This document shows, in pieces, positions 27,351 through 33,076 of a DNA stretch of 52,072 nt. The stretch's first letter is position 1, and each line of letters begins with the position of its first letter. The translations under genes were made by a program, and so were the position numbers. The stretch is from an uncultured Flavobacteriales bacterium. GTDB taxonomy: Bacteria; Bacteroidota; Bacteroidia; Flavobacteriales_F; PHOS-HE28. Where the stretch lies: assembly GCA_937873385.1 (NCBI GenBank), contig CALMYC010000019.1, forward strand, positions 1 to 52,072. The letters are read 5' to 3'. Below the pieces are notes generated by a model. That model worked only from the letters and a program-made list of their open reading frames with translations. It ran no database searches and had not been told where the DNA came from.

Positions 27351-27574
27351 TCGCGCCAGTAGTTGTTTGCCGCAGCCACGGTCCGGAAGTGGATGGCAAT
27401 CACTTGGGATGCCGCTGTCAGGCTGTCCGGGTTCTCCGCATAAGCCGGCCGCAGCTTGTCCCGCACCTCGGCGGAAGGCTGCGTGTACTTCACGCCCATG
27501 CGTGACATCTTGATGGCCAGTTCATAGCCCTCTTGCGGGGTTTTGGTGATCAGGGAAGTGAGCCAGGGTTCCAT
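27347..27574 (-). CDS. Small hypothetical protein (75 aa)
   Basis: ORF 27347..27724 trimmed to the ATG at 27574 (MEPWLTSLITKTPQEGYEL...). The upstream part of that ORF reads through REP repeats. Confidence 0.4.
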   Translation of the reverse strand: MEPWLTSLITKTPQEGYELAIKMSRMGVKYTQPSAEVRDKLRPAYAENPDSLTAASQVIAIHFRTVAAANNYWRD

Positions 27575-27655
27575 GGGGTTTCTTGGTATTGATGCCGACG
27601 AACATACTACGCCACGGCGCTTTCGGCAATGCCCGCGCTGAATAGCGATGATGCC

Positions 27656-27785
27656 TGCTCGGCTTTTTGCCGAGTGCGCGCCCGCTGCACGCACTCTGGT
27701 TTTTCCCGAGTGCGCCCACTGCACGCGCTCGGGTTTTTCCCGAGTGCGGTGCCCACTTCACGCGCTCTGGTTTTTCCCGAGTGCA
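27656..27785. repeat. Tandem array of REP-like hairpins (about 34-nt period, 3.5 units)
   Basis: Units of the form CCCRCTGCACGCRCTCKGGTTTTTCCCGAGTGCG at 27681-27714, 27715-27748 and 27752-27785. There is also a related unit gctcggctttttgccgagtgcg at 27656-27678. Confidence 0.85.
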
Positions 27786-27811
27786 GTCCTGCATAGGGCC
27801 TCCGGCCCGTC

Positions 27812-28364
27812 TCAACCCGTTGCACACCCTTTACCGTACCCATTCAACTCCAAAGGCCCATCCCCGTGGGCACTGCTCAGCAGATAATGTTCCGGCTGAC
27901 TGACGATACCGGTAACGACCGGATTCATGTGAATGTAATCCACCTTTTGGTCGAATACCTCTGCCGTGTATAGCTCGATCGGATGACTGTCCTTCTTCCA
28001 GAACGCATAGTCCTTGTTCTGTGCACTTGCTTTTCCAGCGTTGTGGAAGTGGCGCAACATCCATTCGCTTCGGCTTTCATTGGGCAGGGTGGCGATCAAG
28101 TGCAGCAGTTGCTTGGCGGTGTAGCTCTTGAAGTCGCGCAGCAGGTCCGCCAGCAAGCCCTCACTGCGCCGCAGCACGAAGTGGACATGGTTGGACATGA
28201 TCACGTAAGCGAACAGCTCCAAGCCCTTGTGCTCCTGGCAATACCGGATGTTCGACCAGCTCATCGGCCAATTCCTTGCGGGTGAACACATCCACCCAAC
28301 CGTGTACCGTGAACGTGACGAAGTAGGTGGCACCTTCCACGTTGGCTTTGCGGATCTCGGACAT
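27812..28364 (-). pseudogene. REP-associated tyrosine transposase (RAYT; IS200/IS605-type Y1/HUH transposase), frameshifted
   Basis: The N-terminus MSEIRKANVEGATYFVTFTVHGWVDVFTRKELADELV (frame of ORF 28161..28397) continues in another frame (ORF 27812..28468) as SNIRYCQEHKGLELFAYVIMSNHVHFVL (HUH)...DYIHMNPV (Tyr). The frames join near 28250-28258. Confidence 0.85.
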
Positions 28365-28805
28365 GGACCGAATGTAGCGGCTTGGCACAACACACAAGCA
28401 CGCGCTCGGCTTTTTGCCGAGTGCGTTCCGTCATAGGGCCTCCGGCCCGTCGAATACACTACCTGCAAGCGAGGTTCTCAGCCGGGCCGGAGGCCCTAGC
28501 AGGCTCGCTCACTCGGGAAAAGCCCGAGCGAGTGCTCGCGGTGGGACACGCGAGCGAGTACGGGGCCTTCCACATTGGCTTTGCGGATCTCGGACATGGA
28601 CCGAATGTATACTACACATGATTTTATACAAACGCACGCACGCGCTCGGCTTTTTGCCGAGCGCGTTCCGTCATAGGGCCTCCAGCCCGCCGAATACACT
28701 ACCTGCAAGCGTGGTTCTCAGGCGGGCCAGAGGCCCTAGCAGGCACACTCACTCGGGAAAAACCCGAGCGAGTGCTCGCGGTAGGACACACGCGAGCGAG
28801 TGCGT
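28331..28805. repeat. Two tandem copies of a ~236-bp composite REP/BIME-like unit that includes the RAYT 5' end
   Basis: Copy A (28331-28566) and copy B (28567-28805) each contain four modules:
- ccttccacRttggctttgcggatctcggacatggaccgaatgta (RAYT start)
- cgcgctcggctttttgccgag
- the long inverted repeat tagggcctccRgcccg...cgggccRgaggcccta
- ctcactcgggaaaaRcccgagcgagtgctcgcggtRggacac(a)cgcgagcgagt. Confidence 0.85.
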
Positions 28806-28830
28806 GAGGAGAGTGCGTGAGGAGAGGAAG

Positions 28831-29247
28831 TCACTGAAAATACTTGGCCACAAAGCCTTCCGGCGATAGCACTTCAAGGCCGCTTGCCAGTTTAAAGTGC
28901 TTCACATTGTTAGTGACCAAGTGGCCGATCCGGGGATCATGCTTGATCGCCGCGAAGTAGTGCATCGCGTCCTCAGTATCCGCCCATGCGCTTTGGAAGG
29001 CTTGGCGTAGCGTATCGCCCGGTTGCGATACCACTTTAGCGATATCCAGGAATGCGTCACAGCTTCGGGCCGCCTCCTTCTTGTTCATTTGGGCCAGGAA
29101 GTAGTGCGTGTTGGCCAGGATCACCGGGGTGACATACAGCCTTAAGGTTCCTTCCGCACCGGCCTTGATCACTGCGGCGCTGGCACCGGCCTCACGACGG
29201 AGCCACACATCCAAGAGTACGTTGGTGTCCACCAACACATGCCTCAT
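28831..29247 (-). CDS. vapC: PIN-domain toxin (VapC-like)
   Basis: MRHVLVDTNVLLD... starts a PIN fold with conserved acidic residues (D7, ...ADTEDAMH...). Length is 138 aa, with a 4-nt overlap onto the upstream antitoxin ORF. Confidence 0.85.
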   Translation of the reverse strand: MRHVLVDTNVLLDVWLRREAGASAAVIKAGAEGTLRLYVTPVILANTHYFLAQMNKKEAARSCDAFLDIAKVVSQPGDTLRQAFQSAWADTEDAMHYFAAIKHDPRIGHLVTNNVKHFKLASGLEVLSPEGFVAKYFQ

Positions 29248-29540
29248 GGCCTCACATGCTTGCGCAGCAGGTGCCCAAAGCGGTCATCCCGTTTCCAGTC
29301 TTCTGGTCGCAACTGTCCGGCAAAGGCACCTTGCTGGTCCTTGAGCCATTCCGCGCCACGGCCAGGCCCCACCTTCAGCGCAACGGGTCCGGCATCCGGA
29401 AGTTGCCCAAGCAGGTCGTCGAGCACGGCCGCCATGCTGCGCTCCTGCTTCTCGCTATACCTGCGCAGGCGGCGTTTGCTCTCGCTACTGATCAGTGCGC
29501 TCAACCGGCTTCGGCGCTTGTTGCGGGACTTGGCATCCAT
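29244..29540 (-). CDS. Type II antitoxin-like protein (DUF6364-like, family from memory)
   Basis: ORF trimmed to the ATG at 29540 (MDAKSRNKRRSRLSALISSESKRRLRRYSEKQERSMAAVLDDLL...). It is small and lies directly upstream of, and overlapping, the PIN gene. Confidence 0.65.
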   Translation of the reverse strand: MDAKSRNKRRSRLSALISSESKRRLRRYSEKQERSMAAVLDDLLGQLPDAGPVALKVGPGRGAEWLKDQQGAFAGQLRPEDWKRDDRFGHLLRKHVRP

Positions 29541-29626
29541 GCAACGAAGATACGATCGGACTTCTATCATGAAGAACGCACTCGGCTTTCTTGACCTCCA
29601 TCGCGGCGCTTGGCTGTTTGCCATTT

Positions 29627-29710
29627 TCACTGGCGCGAGCGTCCTTCGCTCGTGCCATCTTCAATCTGCATGGATGCACAAACGCACGAGCGGAGGACGC
29701 TCGCGCGAGA
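29627..29710 (+). repeat. 84-nt hairpin element, copy 1
   Basis: A 23-bp stem, gcgcgagcgtccttcgctcgtgc (29633-29655) with gcacgagcggaggacgctcgcgc (29684-29706). It has 22 Watson-Crick pairs plus one T-G pair, and a 28-nt loop containing tgcatggatgca. Confidence 0.9.
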
Positions 29711-29960
29711 TGTGGGGCGTTCCGTCCTAGGCCTCCGGCCTGCCGAATACACTCTCCAGTCCGGCGCCCGGCTGTTTGCCGAGTGCCTCCTTCCATTTTG
29801 GCCTCCGGCCAAGGACCACGTGCTTCATGATACGGTCCTGCATTGGAAACCGCCGAAGGCGGACCGTGGTGCGGGGCACTCGGCAGGTCCTTGGAATCAC
29901 CGGTCAAGTCGAGCGCCGGGGTAAAGCACCCGAGCGGGGGATGGAGCGTTGATAGCACCA
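29711..29960. repeat. Cluster of degenerate REP modules
   Basis: Contains ttccgtcctaggcctccggcctgccgaatacact (compare the 28440 and 28670 modules), ccggctgtttgccgagtg and aagcacccgagcg. ORFs called here read like repeat translations. Confidence 0.55.
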
Positions 29961-30089
29961 TCAACAATCGCATACATTTGGCCAGAACCTATCCTTCTCG
30001 GTTCGACAACCTCATCACCACTCCTGAAACCGATATCCGCAACCGTTGTTGCAACTGAGATCGTTAATTGAACTATTACACGTCTGACA

Positions 30090-31169
30090 ATGACGAAGAG
30101 TATTTCCTCAGTAATTTCGACAATTATTTTATTCATGGCTTGTCAAAATTATTCACCGAAAGCTAAAGAGCCTGTTTCAAAATCTGAAACACCCATAGTT
30201 CAGAGGCAAAGCGATATCAGTATTGCCGAGTTGACATTGGCGTCAACCGTTTCCATAACAATGCAAGACAGAAACAGGCAGATTTACGGTTTAGGTTCTG
30301 GCGTTATCATCGATAGCGGCATGGTTATTACTAATCTCCATGTAGTAGCAGGAGCCACATTCGGATATGTTCAGGAAGTTAATGATGCACATAAACATAG
30401 AATTGAAGGATATTTAGCTATAGATAAGGTCAATGACCTTGCCTTACTTTCAGTTCCAACAATATCAGCAACAGCCCTGCACCTCCACACTAATCCACCT
30501 CGTGTTGGTGAGAAAATATACGCGGCAGGTAATCCACATGGTTTGACCGGAACATTTTCAGAAGGAATTGTAAGTTCATTAAGAACTATTGATAACAAAT
30601 CGTTCATTCAGATTACAGCTCCAATCTCTCCTGGCAGCAGTGGTGGCCCAATAGTAAATGGTTCTGCAGAATTAATTGGAATAGCCGTTGGTGGGTATAC
30701 AGAGGGGCAAAACTTGAACTTTGCCATCCCGGCTACATATGTGGCCGCATTATTAGGCAGTAAGCCATCACATACCCCTCAAAGCATTTCTAATATTATT
30801 CAACAATCAAAGAAGGCACAAACCGCAACAACACTTCAAACAGATTTGCGCGAAGCCATTAAAATAAGGCACTTAAAGTGGCGCCAATGGGTTAAGCAAG
30901 GATGGGATGATGTGCCAGCAAGCTACATTTCCGAATTTTCCATACTGAATGGCTTGAGTTATCCCGTAAGTAATATACGAATTATGTTTATTGTGTATGA
31001 TAAGACCGGAACACCTGTTGATTACGATAACGTTGAGATTCTACCTGAAGACGAAGGAACAATAATACCGGGACTTGCAAAAACATTTTATGGTTTTTGG
31101 GCAAATAGGGAAGTTGGATATAAATGTGAAGTGCGTTTAATTGATTTTAAGATACACTACGACAAATAA
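30090..31169 (+). CDS. Trypsin-like (S1/S1C-type) serine protease lipoprotein with an unassigned C-terminal domain
   Basis: Lipobox STIILFMAC. The triad context is GSGVIIDSGMVITNLHVV (His), VNDLALLS (Asp) and PISPGSSGGPIVN (Ser). About 130 C-terminal aa have no recognised family. The DNA is about 32-43% GC in lines counted by hand. Confidence 0.8.
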   Translation: MTKSISSVISTIILFMACQNYSPKAKEPVSKSETPIVQRQSDISIAELTLASTVSITMQDRNRQIYGLGSGVIIDSGMVITNLHVVAGATFGYVQEVNDAHKHRIEGYLAIDKVNDLALLSVPTISATALHLHTNPPRVGEKIYAAGNPHGLTGTFSEGIVSSLRTIDNKSFIQITAPISPGSSGGPIVNGSAELIGIAVGGYTEGQNLNFAIPATYVAALLGSKPSHTPQSISNIIQQSKKAQTATTLQTDLREAIKIRHLKWRQWVKQGWDDVPASYISEFSILNGLSYPVSNIRIMFIVYDKTGTPVDYDNVEILPEDEGTIIPGLAKTFYGFWANREVGYKCEVRLIDFKIHYDK

Positions 31170-31218
31170 CCCCATGTCAAAGGAGTATACGTTTTTTACA
31201 TGTGCTATCCCTATCCTC

Positions 31219-31302
31219 TCACTGACGCGAGCGTCCTTCGCTCGTGCCATCTTCAATCTGCATGGATGCACAAACGCACGAGCGGAGGACGCTCGCGCGA
31301 GA
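31219..31302 (+). repeat. 84-nt hairpin element, copy 2
   Basis: Identical to 29627-29710 except for one base (g/a at position 7). It has the same orientation and starts 50 nt after the protease stop codon. Confidence 0.9.
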
Positions 31303-31323
31303 AGTGAGGATGGCAGCTTTGCC

Positions 31324-31479
31324 ATGCCGCAACCCATCACGCCTGGTCCCGAAAGCGGCACCTACAAGTACCTGTTGGAAGTGCCAGGGACATATCTGCG
31401 CATTGACAAGGACGGGGACTTGTTGGTCTATGAGGGCGACCTTGGTCCCAATCGGATAGCACCGGTGGCCGGTCCGTGA
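31324..31479 (+). CDS. Possible 51-aa ORF
   Basis: MPQPITPGPESGTYKYLLEVPGTYLRIDKDGDLLVYEGDLGPNRIAPVAGP. This is the only protein-like frame between hairpin copy 2 and the next REP. No family recognised. Confidence 0.25.
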   Translation: MPQPITPGPESGTYKYLLEVPGTYLRIDKDGDLLVYEGDLGPNRIAPVAGP

Positions 31480-31503
31480 GGTCGAAGTTGCGGTCGATCT
31501 TAG

Positions 31504-31547
31504 AACCCGAGCGAGTGCTCGCGGTGCGACACGCGAGCGAGTGCGGG
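31504..31547. repeat. REP module (same family as 28520-28560 and 28757-28800)
   Basis: aacccgagcgagtgctcgcggtgcgacacgcgagcgagtgcggg. Confidence 0.7.
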
Positions 31548-31562
31548 GGTATTTGTACTCGG

Positions 31563-31883
31563 CTACCGCGAAGCGGAAGAAAGGATTACGCTTTTGACCG
31601 GCAAGTGCCTAACCGTGTGCTTGTAGCTGTGTTTGGACACTTTGAATTGATCTTCGAACACTTCACAGCAGAAGTCCTTTTCTACTGCGATTTCGCCGCT
31701 GGGTAAGGCGCATACAATGACCCTGTTGGGTGCTTCAGGGTGGTCATCGCAGCACTTGCCTCGCATCAATTCGCGGATGACCTGGGCATTCTCCCTGGCA
31801 TCCTGGTTTGCTTGTTGTGCCAGATTCCTGCGAAGGGAGTTGGGGATCCAACGAACATCAATGAGTTGGGCTTGAACTCGCAT
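31563..31883 (-). CDS. Hypothetical Cys-rich protein (106 aa)
   Basis: ORF only. Contains KCCDDH...VCALP...FCCEVF. No family recognised. Confidence 0.4.
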   Translation of the reverse strand: MRVQAQLIDVRWIPNSLRRNLAQQANQDARENAQVIRELMRGKCCDDHPEAPNRVIVCALPSGEIAVEKDFCCEVFEDQFKVSKHSYKHTVRHLPVKSVILSSASR

Positions 31884-32073
31884 GATATGGGGGTGTTCGA
31901 TAGCGTTAGCGATCCAACCGCTCGAACAATTACGGCTTGATCGTTTGCACGTTATGTGCTATCCTTGCCCCCGCTCCACGCGAGAGGGTTCCGTCGGGTC
32001 CACCAGCGGAAAACTGATTTTGGAACCGAGTACTGCCCCTCGCGTAGACACGGAAGTTTTGTACCTTTGATTG

Positions 32074-32146
32074 TGGAGCGGACCGGATTCGAACCGGCAT
32101 TTCGGGAGTCTCAAATTCGCGCGACTTGCCATTAGTCCACCGCCCC
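32074..32146 (-). other. tRNA-like element (73 nt) with intact acceptor, D and T arms but a non-pairing anticodon stem
   Basis: The minus strand reads GGGGCGG TG GACT AATGGCA AGTC G CGCGA ATTTGAG ACTCC CGAAAT GCCGG TTCGAAT CCGGT CCGCTCC A. The acceptor stem is 7 bp (one G-T), the T-loop TTCGAAT is canonical, and the 27-31/39-43 stem does not pair. Confidence 0.5.
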
Positions 32147-32149
32147 TGT

Positions 32150-32185
32150 GCAACGCCACCCTCGCCGGTGGCGTTGCTGTTTTAC
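32150..32185 (+). terminator. Strong hairpin, terminator-like on the plus strand
   Basis: gcaacgccacc ctcgcc ggtggcgttgc (an 11-bp perfect stem) followed by tgtttta on the plus strand. On the minus strand it lies 15 nt after the stop of ORF 32192..32704 and 3 nt before the tRNA-like element, without a U-tract. Confidence 0.5.
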
Positions 32186-32191
32186 AATATG

Positions 32192-32704
32192 TCAATGTGC
32201 GGCCAACTGTCGCCGCACTTCTTCCAATTTCCCGTCAACCATCCATTGAGGTAACGCCCAGTGGATTTCACGATTTGCAGAGAGTATGCCCGAAGGAACT
32301 ATAGGGGGAGGCCGCCTGTCCCGCAAAGCAGATCGATACATTGCCGAAGTTGTCACGCTTAGCCGTCGGCGGAGTTGGTCGGGAGTCAAAGGCATGTGGA
32401 CTTGGAACCAAGCTTTCGCCATGTCGCTAATTGTCAGCACATGCCCCTTCTCTCGAAGCAGTTCCACGATGCGTTGAGATAGGTGCCTCACTGTGCCCCC
32501 CGCTGTCATGGCCAACGGCCTTGTGGTAGGCACGTTGACATTACCTGCTATCGCGAAATGGGCTAAGGCAAATTCCACCTTGGCTAACTCATCCTTGGTT
32601 TCAAGGAGGGTCAGCTCCAGCTCTAACTTGCGCTTCTCAAGCTGCATCCTTACTAGGCTACTTTGATCTGCCATCTTGACAGCGCCAAAGGTAGTACGCC
32701 TCAT
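32192..32704 (-). CDS. Hypothetical protein (coiled-coil N-terminus)
   Basis: ORF only, with an alternative start ATG at 32674 (MADQSSLVRMQLEKRKLELEL...). No family recognised. Confidence 0.5.
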   Translation of the reverse strand: MRRTTFGAVKMADQSSLVRMQLEKRKLELELTLLETKDELAKVEFALAHFAIAGNVNVPTTRPLAMTAGGTVRHLSQRIVELLREKGHVLTISDMAKAWFQVHMPLTPDQLRRRLSVTTSAMYRSALRDRRPPPIVPSGILSANREIHWALPQWMVDGKLEEVRRQLAAH

Positions 32705-33076
32705 CCATAGATTTGATCCTGAGTGTTTTCAATTATTCACAACCTGTTGATATTGTGCACAATAAGTATTTAATACGCTGATTATCAGATATTTAATATC
32801 TTATGAGTTTATCTTTGACCAATCTTCGGGTGATCGATAGCAGATTGATCCTTTGAAGTGTCAGCTCTACTGCTTATAGCGGGTCCTCGTCGGTGATCGC
32901 CCTACTTGCATAACCGCAGGCATCAATCTGGTATGCCCCGTGCAACCATGGGCGGATAGTCCAAAGAGATACCTGACAATAGAACAGACCCGCAAACACA
33001 AATGGCTTTTCAACCGATGATGCGCTTCACCACGGGAAATCTTGAACCTGCGGCAGGTTCATCCTTCAAATCCCCC

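Noticed and set aside
29627-31302. Whether the 84-nt hairpins are integron attC sites flanking a gene cassette.
   Set aside because: The ends lack the RYYYAAC / GTTRRRY core sites. The stem is almost perfectly paired, with none of the extrahelical bases typical of attC. No intI-like tyrosine recombinase is in the window. The cassette-like geometry is kept as a finding, without the integron label.
31200-31964. Shared 11-mers as possible att or target-site duplications: atgtgctatcc at 31200 and 31954, and tactacacatg near 7963 and 28613.
   Set aside because: Matches of this length are expected by chance many times in a 52-kb window, counting both strands and all pairs. They are not positioned at clear composition breaks.
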